Position numbers and translations under genes: made by a program. DNA of 64,000 bases, taken from contig NEEC01000002.1 of assembly GCA_002189035.1 (NCBI GenBank), positions 5,456,001 to 5,520,000 of the forward strand, in the 5' to 3' direction. Below, in pieces: positions 39,824 to 53,185 of this stretch. This DNA comes from Utricularia gibba (taxonomy: Eukaryota > Plantae > Magnoliophyta). How positions within the stretch are numbered: position 1 is the stretch's first letter; every line of letters begins with the position of its first letter. Below the pieces are notes generated by a model, which saw only the letters and a list, made by a program, of their open reading frames with translations, did no database searches and was not told where the DNA came from.

Positions 39824-41641
39824 TCATACCATCTTCATGTTATTCGTTGTACCATTACGTACCCCTGCTGGATGAGAAGAGCTTGATACTGGCTGTGGCT
39901 GTGGAAGTAGCAAGTAGCCAGATAAAGAGTCAGTGATACATGAATAACGAGCATGCCCAAGTTTCATTGCCGGTGTGAGCCTTTTTAGTTTATATGATTT
40001 GCTGGTAATTGAGCATGGTATCAATGAAGTTCTTTGAAGTTTGTCTTAAAAACCAAAAACTGACTTCTTATCAACGGAGTTTTGAATGATTTATACCTGT
40101 GTGGCATTTTGCATCTGATTCTTATGGTGACCAGGCAATATGCCATGCCCCATAGGCGCTTGGTTTGGCATGGAACCTACAGCCATGGCTTGGTTTGGGA
40201 GACACATCAGGTTTTGCATTGGAGGCAATGCCGGTGGCCTAATCCCAAGTCCAGCATGGTAGATGTACTGCTGCTGCGTCCTAGGAAGCATCATTCGTGG
40301 CATTCCACTTCCCATCCACCACTACAAAATTCAATGCCATAAGGTAAAAAAATGCTTTTCTCTGAGCGCTGGATTAGCCTGTTGGATGCTTCTCTTACCT
40401 GAAGCTGTAGTTGCAGGGACTTCATGTATTCGATCGCTTCATCTAACACAGATGCTTTGTCCAGCTGAGAAATGGATATAACAAAATGCTTGATTGCAGT
40501 TCTGATACCTGGAAGCATGATTAGAGATTTTACCTTGTGGGAATGAGGGATCAGTGCCTGTAAAGCGCGCATTTTCTCGTTTATTCTGTCCCTCCGTCTC
40601 TGACACGCCACATGCATGAAAACATGGGAGCTTAAAATCACAGCATAACTTTCACAAAGGGCAGAATGATTATGGCTATGACATTTCCTACCCTCTCAGA
40701 CAGGTTATGCACTTGGGCTACTCGACGTCTTCGTGGAGCTGGCTTCTTCGAGGGGATGCTATTCCCATCTTGTGGTGACTCCATTTCAATAGCCTGCAGA
40801 GGTCCCATTGGTTGCGTTCATCTTAACAGTTATCCAAACAATACCATCAAGTTAGTGTGAGCATACATCACTTTTAAGTTCTTCCGTATCCCTCTTCTTT
40901 CTCTTGTTCGCTGTGTTGTCACTGCTTTGGCTGCTTGTGTTTTGGCAACCATTACCAGATCCTCCAGAGCATGCATTCTCAGTTCCGACCAACTGCTTTT
41001 CAGCAGACAAAGTTTTGCTACAACCCAACCTGGTATTTGCTTCATTCGCAGTTTGGTCCATGGAACCATGGCCAGTCTCCCTTGTCATCAAACAGGGCAT
41101 ACGGAAGCGATGTTTACTGTTACTTCCTTCCCGATTTTTATAAGCAAATTGAAGATCATCCAGAGTCCGATTAACATCCCCTGTTTCAAAGGATCCGAAT
41201 CTTCTTGGTGGCATCAGGATGGGACCTAGAGCTTCAGCAGCAGACTTTCCAGATTGCTGATGGGTTGCTGGGATTTGGGGCAATAAATCTGGGCAGAATT
41301 CCTTGTTGAATGATTCATTTGCAGGGCTCCAGGGAACTGGCGGCAGATCATCATCTTCACCCTCGTCCTCATCATCATCCTCATCAACTTGATTGAACTG
41401 ACAAGAGAATTCGGATGGCTTTTTAGTGGTTTGTCTGTGGAGAACTGCTTCCCCATTATGCCACAAGATCTCCATTAATTCATTCTCTAGTCTGCGTAGA
41501 AGATTTGTGTTCTCGTTAAGATAAAGAACTGCGTTCTTGCAAAAGTCCACATACTCACCCCAAATGTTTCCTCTGAAAGGGCAGTGGGAACTCAGCATCC
41601 ACTTCTGTATGCCAGTCCGTAAGACACCCAGAGCCATCCAT
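39824..41641 (-). CDS. PIF4: Phytochrome-interacting factor, PIF4/PIF5-type bHLH (7 exons)
   Basis: [10 protein letters not shown] (ATG 41641) is followed by the APB-like [19 protein letters not shown], the b[28 protein letters not shown]...[21 protein letters not shown], and WMGSGM. The PIF4 versus PIF5 orthology is not resolved. Confidence 0.88.
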
Positions 41642-42223
41642 CTACCACGAGAACAGAAGCGAGATCGTCCAATATCTAACGGAACCCAACCATTAAAAAT
41701 GAAATCCAGCAACTATGCAAAGCAAGACACAAGGTGGAAGCCATTGAACTCTATATCAGAATGACCCACAAGTCTTTTAACAAGCTAAAAGCAAAGACAG
41801 CATCCAAACAACACTAAATTCTAGCTCCAGAGCGCATGTATTAAGCCGCCGGTATGGGGTTCACTTAGCCGACAAAGGCTGCAGAGAGAGCTTGAAAAAG
41901 GAGCTAACCGATATATAATTACTAAAACAAGTCAGGTATACTAACCTTGAGGCAGAAGCACTAAGCAAAAGAGGGGGGAAACCGCCGGCTTTGCTTTCCC
42001 TTTAGCACTCAAACTCTCGTCCGAAGAATATAAAAAGCATAGAAACAGTGAGCAGAAAAGCAGCAGATAAAAAGAATACAGAAAAGAAAGCAAAAGGAGA
42101 GAGGAATCTGCAATCGGTAAAGAAACAGCCAACTACCACTTTCCAAACGGATGTGCTTCACTCGTTCAAGAAGCGCCACTTACAAGTGAGCATTAATGCC
42201 TACAGTCACTGTCGTCCTTAGGC

Positions 42224-42336
42224 CACGTGGAGAACGATCACTGGGTGGACCGGATGTCTGGGCCGCAGTTGTGTGATCAGCTTCTGTTTGATAGCTGCCA
42301 TCTTCAATCATTCCTGCTCGCCCAACTTGCCACGTG
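42224..42336. promoter_or_regulatory. Two G-boxes upstream of the PIF gene
   Basis: GCCACGTGGAG occurs twice, with CACGTG at 42224-42229 and 42331-42336. Confidence 0.55.
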
Positions 42337-43018
42337 GAGCTGCCTACTCACATTTACTCTAATCAACCCTTCTCTTTGGACTTGAAGTTTCACCTTTGAA
42401 CTCGATAGCCATAAATATATGGGAAAAATCTATGTTCTCCACATGCCGACTTTGGTTCAAAACCCACCTAAGATCTGATTCTCATCTGTAAGTTGGCTGA
42501 AAACAAAGAGAGGATGAGTTCAGAAAAAACCAGATGGCGTTCTCCGACTTCCCAGTGAGTGACCTGTGTTCTGCTGCTATTCAGAATACAATTCAAGGCC
42601 TGGATTTATATTCCACCAGAATAAATAGCAGAAGGACAAGGGGGCTGCTGCTGGACGTCCCGCCCCGCGTAAGGGTCAGAAGAAACGGACTTACGCGAAT
42701 CCTACATCTATCACGGATGGGGGAAGAGTATAAGATTAAGAAGAAATGACCACGTAAAATCTAGTATGAGTCCTTTTTTTATCAGTACGGTGGAGTACCT
42801 TCACAGTAACTATAGAGTTAAACGTGCTTGTCCAAGGATAATGATGTGAGGATGGATGAACCCCTGAAAAGTTAATGTGGTAAAAACGTAAAATCGTAAG
42901 AATTAAGTGCTGAAAGTGAACAATATCATGATACATGTGCGCGGATCGTTACATGCTACACAATGGAATTCACAAGGTTCTCCTAACTTTTTTCTTATCT
43001 AGGCTGGTTTAAAAAAAA

Positions 43019-43036
43019 CACACACACACACACACA
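43019..43036. repeat. (CA)n microsatellite
   Basis: About 9 CA units. Confidence 0.9.
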
Positions 43037-43726
43037 AACATAGTCTTCCAGTCTGTACTCTTGACCAAAGAAAGGATGAGATGAGAAAACGGATGGCGTT
43101 CTCAGAGGTATCCACCGAAGACCTCTCCGTAGATGAAGTACTGTTTGAGTTGTAAGAGTACTGGAAATTTCACACAAAGATTGATAACGAAAAAGGTCTC
43201 GTTGACATTCAACTGCGTAGAAAAGGGGCGACACTGACGACGAAAAGGTGGTGCAAGGAAGCCATCATACCCTTTGAATGATATGCCTATTTGCTGGCAA
43301 CCCATCTTAGACAATCATATTAAGAATATGGAAACAACATCTCATATGAAATAATATCCCATCTAAAGGCAATTTTCGAACTCTTAAAGATTTCTTCGGT
43401 AGAATTCTAACAGCCACATCATTAGTTAAAACATTATCAACAACAATAGAAAACACCTTACCTCCAATGTCACAATCTCCTATCATCGATTAAGAGAGTT
43501 GGTAACTTTGATGAGGAATGCCAATAAAACAGCCACCTCTTATAGAGCTTTCAATTAGGATTAACAAAATAACTGGTCACACAGTTGTAAGAGCTTTCAA
43601 TTTTGATGAATGTGCAACAGAAACTATGCACAAAGAAACAGATTCAGTATTTTGAAAAAATTATCTACAGACAACAAGAGTAATATCAGTTCTTCCTCAG
43701 TAGTCAAATGTATGTACATCCGTGAG

Positions 43727-45693
43727 TCACATTTGGAAAAGCCAGTGCTTCTTCTTCTGTATCCTAAGAGGAACCTCTGTGAAAAAACGAGCAAGAGCAT
43801 TAGAAACATAGGAAAGCCGATTTCTTCCAAGAGTACATGGAATGTGAAATAGGATGAGGTTTCCTTGCCTCCGGCTGGATATAGTGAGTTATAATGAATT
43901 TCGCTCCAGAAGCTCAGCCACAACTCTGAAATTAGACTTGTGTGAGGAATGGAAACAGTATGTTTCTGATAAACAGATGAGGGTGTACCTCTATATGGAG
44001 CTTTATCTTTTGGGAGAATTTCAATGTAGCAGCTCTCTCTAAAAGAGGTAACCAAGCAAATTTTCACTTCAAACTACAGATGAAAAACAGAACAGTGGAT
44101 TTTCAGGTTGAGGGCCCTTTCAAGTCTACTAAGAAGTGATAACGTGGGTGCGTAAAAGGGCAACGTGAATGAAAAGAAGGAAATAGATGATCAACCATAT
44201 TCTCAGTTCAAACTATGGATTCAAACAAATATGTGGGGATTAAAGATGATCCCTTTTTAATTCTAAATGACCAGCTATAACATGGATCCCTATGAGAGCA
44301 GCTTCAATTGCAAGAACGTAAAAAAGGTGAGCAACACGATTTCTACCCAAACTTCAAGCGAGCTTTACTTACTCTGTCAGATGCTGCCTGGAGAGTGACA
44401 TGATCACCCCATTCTCCCAATCTAGGATACCACAAAATATTGAATCAGTTGCATGATTAATCAATATCAAATAGTATACAGAATATTGAATACAAGGGAT
44501 GAAGTCTAACCGCTTCATCTTCTTCACATATTGCTTATATTTCATCGGTACATAACCTTCATAGAGCTTATGATGATCTTTTAGCTGAAAATGAGAGGCA
44601 GCTGAAACAATATATGGATTTCCCAACAAAAATGCATTTTTTAACACTGCTTTTCATTTTTTAGTGCAACTGACGAAATTATAATTAAGAAATGCGATTC
44701 CAAACCTGTTTGACAACCTCTTTCCTTATATACTTATGGTAATCCGGTTTACGAAATAACTGATCTGCAAGGGCTCTGAACTGTGAAGTACAAATACTGA
44801 ATTAATTATCAAGAGAAAAGGCAACAATAATTGCAAATTTCCTTTAGTTCTTGTGCAAATACAAGAACAGCATGAAGGAAAAAATAGAATAAATTATGCC
44901 TGCAACTGAAAAACATCAATAAAAATTAAAAATGCATTTAACAAGTTTATTTAGGACCAACCTGACAATTTCCATCTCCCTGAATTTGCAATTCCGCCAA
45001 ACAGTATCTGGCTAATCTGATAAATCCATGAACATTAAAAAGAAGAAAAAGCTTCTTAATTATAAAAAATATAAAGGAATAAGTAAACGCATTGCATGAA
45101 CGTAAATTTACAGAGAAAAGGTACAACCTTTCCGCAAGGCTTTCATGGTCAAGGCTTGCATCAGTTGGATCAGGTATATTTTCAATGACCCGCGGTGTGT
45201 GCTGCCAATTTGATAGAATGTAAGTTGGCATATAATAAATGACAAGCATAATACTCCTAGAAAATCCATTACAGAGAAACCTAAATTGCATATAAGTAAC
45301 GAGATCACACAAAAATCTCGCTTCACAATACATTAGGAAGAATTCTATAACATGAACATGAGTTGCGAAAAAGACCACATAGATGCGTCATGTGGACAAC
45401 TGCTTCGTCTTGAAAAAACCCCTACTGAAGTTCTAGAATCCAATGGCAACTCCTTGAGCGATAAGAGCTCAAAATACGCGACCAATTACTAAAAAACGTA
45501 AGGAGACAGCAGTTTCATCATATACCGGTATTGAGTCCAAATGTGAAAGCCTCTTGCCAAGCTTGTTTGCATGCAGTAATCTTTCATCTTCTTCTAATAT
45601 TGCAGCAATTGTATGATCATCATCTGTGTCCTGTGAACTACTATTCCAACTTGAGCTCGAGCTCGCACATTGATTAATGGACGTATCAGTCAT
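43727..45693 (-). CDS. OTU-domain deubiquitinase (OTU9-12 clade, OTU11-like) (9 coding exons)
   Basis: Motifs are DTDDDHTIAAIL, the catalytic GDGNCQFRALADQL, GEWGDHVTLQAA, LWLSFWSEIHYNSLY and KKKHWLFQM*. The last intron is GC-AG. Confidence 0.93.
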
Positions 45694-46523
45694 CTTTACC
45701 TACCTCAAAAACGAAGCCATAATTGCAAAAATAAGGAAACACAGACAAATTGCATCCAAGAACTAGACGAATCGTCGTAACAGTGGACATATCCAAAACC
45801 CACATAAAAATTTCCATCTTCGAATCCCATTAGAAATCCCAGAATCTAATATCAGACCATGAAAGTCGATCGGGAGCACCTGAAGACGTGATTATCTAAT
45901 TCCAAAGCGACCCAAAGAAGCAAAGAAAAAAGCAACCTACTTAACTGATCTGTGTAAACGCGAAGACACCTTGCGTATGCCCGCCAACGAAAAGGTTGAA
46001 GAGTGCTAAGAATTCAGATATACCTTGAAGTCACGAAGAGAACGGAAACAATTCTGGGTTGCGGAGACGATTAAACCGAAAGGTCACGTAGTTGGAGAAA
46101 CCGATTTCGTCGAGAGCAAATCTGGGGGAGTCACCGGCCACTGCACGGCATCATCCTGAGTTTTTGTTCGACAAAAAATGGACGGCGTCAAAACTCAAAA
46201 GCGTGCTTTCCATTGGGTTATTCAACACAACGTCTTTCTCAGGTTTTTTCAAGGCAAATGTTTCCTTCGAATCATGCCATCTGCACAAACAAACTGCATG
46301 GCAAGAAAAGAACTACAAGAATTTCAGCACCAACAAATCCATCAGTTCATTCTGTTCATCCATCGAAATCACATCTCCCATCACACGGACCCAAAAAACG
46401 AAGCTTTCTTTCCATTTTCTTCGTTTTCAACAATGATAATGAAAGACAGAACAGAGAGTCGGGCAGTGTAGCATTCTCTGGCAGTGTAGCTTATTCATAG
46501 TCCATAGCATTTTAACTTCAAAT

Positions 46524-49500
46524 CTAGTATCTTTTCCCAAGAATAATGCCAATGATAATGGAAACAATGACCACACCCAGAGCGAACTGGAAGCTGATGG
46601 ACGGGCGGTGTTCAGTGGTGGACGTCTGTGTATGAGAAGAGGCCACCGCTTGAGATGAAACAGTTTCTGTCATCTTCTTGCCCTTCCTTGTCGTAGTACT
46701 TGGAATGGACAAGTCGATTTCCCGCGATTTTACTGTATCAATCTTGTTTTCGTCGATCGAAATACCACTATCCTGCATAGTGGCCATGATATAAGCAGCA
46801 GCATTCAATCGCTAAACAAAAGGTAAGAAAAACAGAATTTTCGCTGCATTCACAGTCCTCGATTCTACTTTTTGCTCTGGTTTTTGGTTCAAAGGTAGAA
46901 ATCAAAACACTAGTGACACCAAAAGTCACTAGCACTTTCTTTTCTCTTTTCTGCTATTGTGTTTTTTTCCCTACTTCACTCCACTGTTTCAACTTTGAAA
47001 ACAGCCAAGTAAGCAATATTCAGAAAGGTAATAATGCTATTCTTTCTTTCTTGCTTACTGATGAAGGCAACATGAGATTTCATGATTCAACATTATTGTG
47101 CAGTCAAACCCCGACTGTCTAGCTAGGTCTTTAAGAAGATTGTCCAGTTTTTAGTTTACCATGGTTATCATATCAGAAAGATATGAGCTTAGTGTAGATT
47201 GATGCATGTATTCAAATTTGAGGTTTAGAGAAGAATCTGCACATGGATCTAGATTTCATTGATCACGGAGAATACAGATACTGAACCAAAATCACAAAGG
47301 ACAAGCAAATGAAAAATGAACTACGTGCATCACAAGCTCCAAAATGTAGTGGAAAAAAGTTACTTAGCAGCAGAACTTGCGCCCCTATAAACACATGAAA
47401 GAAAGCTGACCTTTTCCTTCTTATGAGGCTCAGCATGTTGCAATTTGAGCTCAAGATCCTTGGTGTGCTTACTTAAAAGAATAATTTCATTTCGCATTGC
47501 TTCAATTTTTTCAGCAGAGTTCTTCAATGCAGCTTCATGCTCCAGCTGGTTCTGAGATCTCAGTTCTCTCTGTTGTGATTCAACAAAGATGAATATTAAT
47601 CAGCAATTACTCAGTGTAACATAATATTATGTGAGCATTTGATTGCAGAAAGAAAAATGAGCATGTATTTTCACCAAAGTGATATGTTGTATCTAACTAC
47701 CTCTTCTTTCAATCCAGCCTCTGCATTTGATAGAAGCTCTTCAACCTCCTGCAATTTCTTTTCCAACCCTGCCTTCTCAGAAACCTCACTGCTGATCTTT
47801 TCCAGCTTAGCTCTCAATGATTCTTCATTTAATTCGTGCTCTTTCACCTTCTCTTCAAGATCCATAATTTCATGATGAAGATCCTCCTTGGAACTTTGAA
47901 ATGTCTCAGCTAGCAAATTTTTCTCTTCTATGACAGAAGTTATCTGAAAGATGGAGAGTTTATATAAGTATATCAAAAGGCATGACGGGGAAAGTAACCA
48001 TGCAAAAGTCGATACGAATTAGAACCTGAGATTGCAGCTTCAGTGATTCCGAGGCAAGTCTTGTTTTCAGTTCTTCTACTTCTTTTCTTGCATTATCTAA
48101 CTCTTCCTCTGTGTCGCTCTTCTCGGAGACGATTTGGGACAGCGTCACTTGCAGGTGGCTTAACTCAGTCTTGCATGATGCCAGATCTTGAGAAAGTTTC
48201 TGGTTGTCCTCCAAAAGTGCTTCATTGTCCTTTCTAAATTGACTGGAGCTGGTCTCCAGTTCACTTTTCAGATCCTTTATTTTTGACAGAGATTGCTCCA
48301 ATTCGAGCTCACCGCTTTTCAGCTGCTCAAATGATTCCTTTTCCTTTTCCTTATATATCTTGATGAGTTCCTCCACAGCTGTAAGCTTATCCTGTAACTC
48401 CTTGGCCTCTGAATCCTTCAGAGAAGACTTCTGTGTTACATCCTCCAGCAGTTTTTCTAATTCAGATACACGATACTCAGCAGCAGAATGAAGCTGAGAG
48501 GTCTTAGCGTGCAGTTCTGTTAATTCAGCTATGCTGCTTTTGTGAGAAGAGAGATCCCTGTTAGAGATTTCAATTTCTGAAGCGGTGGCAACTAGTTTCT
48601 CTTCAAGATCTTTAACTAGGATGCTGAGCCGTGCATTGCTTTCCGATAAGATTGTTCTTTCCGATGCATAGGATTCACCCCTGTTTTCAGCATCTATGAT
48701 CTTTTCTTTTAGCTCTTCAATTGTTACCTCTGAAGATTTTAGCCTTGATAAAATGTGCTCCAGCTCTTTGTTTGCATTTTCAAACTTTTCAGTTGTTTCG
48801 GCAAGCTGCACTTGGAAAATATTGACTTGATCCTCAAGAGCCACTACTTGATCTTTCAGAACTTTGGCCTCAGAGTTTTTGCTATTGAAATTTTCAAGAG
48901 CTTCATGAAGTTGAAAATCAAACTCCCTTTTTGAGATTTCGATTTCTGAAGCCTTAGCAGCAAGATTTTCTTCAAGGTCCTTTACCTTTTCACTGAGTTG
49001 TGTGTTACCTTCAGATAAGACAGTTTTCTCCGAAGCATAAGATTGAGCCCTTCTTTCAGCCTCTTCGATCTTGTCCTTTAGTTCCTCAATTAAAGCCTCA
49101 GACGATTGAAGCTTCAATAATATGCTGTCAAGATCCTTTTTTGCAGTTTCAAACTTTTCAGTCGTTTCTGCAAGCTGCACTTGATAAATGTTGACTTGAT
49201 GCTCCAGAGCCGTAGCTTGATCATGCAGCATTTTCGCATCAGAATCCTTCACAGAGTACTGCTGTTTTATGTCTTCCAACTTTGCTTCTAATTCATATAT
49301 ACGGTCTTCTGCTGCAGAATGAAGCTGAGAGGCCTTCGAGTGCAGCTCTGTTAACTCGGTGATGGTGATTTTGTGAGAAGAGAGATCCCTTGTAGAGATT
49401 TCAATTTCACTAGCTTTGGCAACTAAGGTTTCTTCAAGGTCTTTCACCTTGTTGCTGAGTTGCGAAATACCTTCAGACAATGCGGCATTTTCTAAAGAAT

Positions 49501-52500
49501 AGTTTTCATTCCTTTTTTCAGCCTCCGAAAGCTTTACTTTGAGTTCTTCATTTACAGCCTCAGACGATTGAAGCTTCAATAAGATGCTGTCAAGGTCCTT
49601 GTTTGCAGTTTCAAACTTTTCAGTTGTTTCTGCAAGCTGCACTTGATAAATATTGACTTGATCCTCTAGCGCAATCACTTGATCATGCAGAATTTTTGCA
49701 TCTGAATCCTTCACAGAGTACTGCTGTTTTATTTTTTCCAACTGCTCTTCTAATTCACATATACGGTCTTCTGCTGCAGAATGAAGCTGAGAAGTCTTTG
49801 AGTGCAGCTCTGTTAACTCAGTGATGGTGGTCTTGTGAGAAGAGAGATCCCTTGTAGAGATTTCAATTTCAGTAGCTTTGGCAGTTAAGGATTCTTCAAG
49901 GTCTTTCACCTTGTTGCTGAGTTGCAAAATACTTTCAGACAAGACCGTGTTTTCCAAAGAATAGTTTTCATTCCTTTTTTCAGCCTCCGAAATCTTTACT
50001 TTCAGTTCTTCATTTACAGCCTCAGAGGATTGTAGCCGAGATAAAATGTGATCAAGTTCCTTGTTAGAACTTTCAAACTTGTCAACTATTTCTGCAAGCT
50101 GAACTTGATAAAATTGGACTTGATCTTCAAGAGCCACCGTTTTCTCAAGCAGAATTTTGGCCTCAGAATCCTTAGTAGAAGAGTATTGCGTTTTTTCTTC
50201 CAGCTGCGCTGCTAGCTCAGAGATGCGCGCCTCAGCTTCAGAATGAAGCTGTGATGTCTTAGAGTGCAGTTCCGTTAGCTCAACGATTGTGATCTTGTGA
50301 GAAGACAGATCCCTCGTAGAGCTTTCAATTTCTGAAGCTGTAAGAGCTAGTTTTTCTTCAAGTTCTTTGACCTTGCTACTGAGTTCAGCATTGGATTCGG
50401 ATAAGGTGGCCTTTTCTGACTCACTCTTTTTTTCAACCTCCACTATCTTTTCTTTGAGCTCTTCATTTATGACATCTGAAGATTGTAGCTTCGATAGAAT
50501 GTGATCAAGCTCTTTGTTTGCAGTTTCAAGCCTTTCAGATGTTGCTGCAAGCTGCACTTGATAACTGTTAACTTGATCTTGAAGAGCATCAACTTTATCA
50601 TGAAGAAGTTTGGCCTCAGAATCTTTCGACAAGGAATATTGTGTTCTTTCTTCAAGCTGCGCTGCTAATTCTGAGATGCGCGCCTCAGCTTCAGAGTGAA
50701 GCTGAGACGTCTGAGAATGCAGTTCCGTTAGCTCACTGATTGTGATCTTGTGAGAAGACAGATCCCTCGTAGATATTTCAATTTCGGAAGCTGTAGCTGT
50801 CAGTTTTTCTTCCAGGTCTGCGACCTTGCTGTTGAGCTCTGCATTGCGTTCAGATAAGACTGTTTTTTCTAACTCACTCTTTTTCTCAACCTCTTCTATC
50901 TTTTCTCTGAGCTCTTCATTTATGACCTCTGAAGATTGTAGCTTCGATAGAATGTGATCAAGCTCCTTGTTTGCAGTGTCAAGCCTTTCAGATGTTGCTG
51001 CAAGCTGAACTTGATAACTGTTAACTTGATCCTCAAGAGCAATAAGTTTATCATACTGAACTTTGGCCTCAGAATCTCTGGCACTGAAATTTGCAAGAGC
51101 CTCTTGAAGCTTCAGCTCTGACTCCCTAGTCAATGTATCATATGATAGTTGAAGTTCATCACTTCTAGCGGTCACCTTTTCCAAAGCTTTGGTTTGCTGC
51201 TCAAGCTGCTCCTCAGCTACCTTAAGCTTCTCCGCTGCTTCCCTCCCCTTCAAAATGGAAGCTTGAAGCTCATTTTCGATGCTCGCAAGCCTCTGAGATG
51301 AAGCACTCAATTCATCTCGTAAACTGCCAAGTAAAGTTTCAGCTTCAGATAGCTTCTCGCTCGCAACGCCATACTCTTCCTTCAACTTCCTGTTTTCATC
51401 CGCTTTCATGTTTATGCCAACTGTTAGCTCATTTTCCTTTTCTACTGAAGATCTCAAGGCAACATCAAGGTTAGACGCCTTCGTCTGAACTGCTTCTAGT
51501 TCAGCTTCAAGTTCGGAAGCTCTTTTACTGCTTTTCAGTGACTCCTCTTCAACATCTGCATTTTTCTTTTCGAGAGAAATTAGCTTCTCTTCAAGCTCTC
51601 TAGTCCTCTGTTTTTCTGTTTCCAGAAGTAGCTCAAGATCAACCAATTTTTGGCCTGCTTCAACAGCTTTGGAATCTGATGACTGCACCAAATTCTCGAG
51701 TTCAATGCTTCGCTGATGAACAGCATCCGCACGCCCTTCGTGCTCAGTGCATTTCTCAATCCAACTCTTTATTTCAGTCTCGAGATTGAAACCATGAGCC
51801 GTCGAATGGCTCAACTTCATCTCCAGTTCTTCTACTTTACCCTGGAATTCTGCCAACTTTATGCCAAGCTGCTGTTTCTCTGCACCTTTGTTCTCTAGTT
51901 CCCCTTTCAGTTCAGAGACACTTTTTGACAACTCTTCCAGCTCCTTGTGATATCCTTGGCTTTTCAATTCTTCCAAGTTCAGCTTCTGCTCCAGTTCAGC
52001 ATTCCTTTGCTCAGCACCAACGCGGTGTGTTTCGGATTCTTCAAGCTGTGATTTAGCTTCTTCGGTTGCGCGATTCGCAACTTGCAGCAAATCCTCAAGC
52101 TCCGAATTCTTCTGGGTAGCAACCGAGACTGCAATACCCCTTTCATTGTGATGCTCCTCCAAGTCCTTGAGCTTCTGCTCGAGTTCCGTACTCCTGGCCA
52201 CTGATTCGGACAAAAGCAAATCAACGTTGCGGAAATTCTCCTCTGATCGCTGCAGCCTCGCCTCCAAATCATCAGAAGCGTTCTTCAGCTGAGCAGCAGC
52301 CTTCTCAAGCACTTCTACTTGTTCTTTTGTCTTTGCTTCCTGCAATCTCAAGCTTTGTTCGACCTCTTCCCTTGCTTCAGCCTCTTGTTTCAGCTTCAAC
52401 ACCAATTCTTCGAGATGGGAAGCCTTCTCTTGAGCAGACTTCAGCAACGTCTGAAGAGAAGCATTATCATCTCTGGCCTCGGATTCCGCCTTCTTCACTT

Positions 52501-53185
52501 GCTCCAACTCTTTCTTCAACTCAGCAACAGAAGAAGTTAACCTGTTTTCAGAATCTTGCACCTTTGATCGCTCAAGCTCCAAATCGTGTTCCAGCTTTCG
52601 GTTCTTTTCTTCGAGCCCTCCATATTCGCCGTTCAGGGAAACCAACCGATCTTCAAATTGCTTAGCGTCCGCCTTAGCCAACTCAAGTAACTTGGCGAAC
52701 TCCAAGGCCTTTTCACCCTCCGTTTTCGCATGCTCCTCGAACTTGACGGCTTCTTCCTGTGATTTTTTCAGTTTCTCTTGGAGACGATCCAGCAACTCCG
52801 CGTTCTTCTCTTGCTGAGCTTCAAGTTCCTGTCGCAGGTTCTTGATCTCTGCAGCGTGTCTTTCTTCTTCAGCAGCCCTGAGGGCAAGCTGACCCTCCAA
52901 AAGCTTGTTCTTGGACTCGGATTCGCTCAAAAGCAGGGATACGTTGTGGAGCTTCCCCAACAATTCATCATCATCCTTCTTGCTCGCAGTTTCTTGTACT
53001 TCTCTCTCGACCTTTATGAAGTCCTCATCAAGAACTCCCGCTTCTTCATCTTCATCACTGGACGACGAAGAGGAAGAGGAAGAAGAAGAAGTGTCGTTGC
53101 TCTCAGCTTTAGCTTCGACAGAGAGTTTCGTCTCCGTCTCCGCCGCCGCCGCCGCCGCCACACTTGAAGACGTTTGTTCCGCCAT
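46524..53185 (-). CDS. PICC: PICC-type (PAMP-induced coiled-coil) tail-anchored long coiled-coil protein, ~1,940 aa (4 coding exons)
   Basis: The ATG is at 53185 (the track's 53218 start is a GTG after a splice acceptor). The N-terminal DEDFIKVERE and C-terminal VKSREIDLS...GVVIVSIIIGIILGKRY* match AtPICC/PICL termini as recalled. Exon 1 is 48026-53185 (1,720 codons). Confidence 0.88.
48403..51076 (-). repeat. Six in-frame internal repeat units in PICC exon 1
   Basis: DSEAK/DSDAK/NSEAK anchors lie at about 51064, 50611, 50158, 49696, 49234, 48865 and 48403, giving spacings of 453, 453, 462, 462, 369 and 462 bp. Confidence 0.93.
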
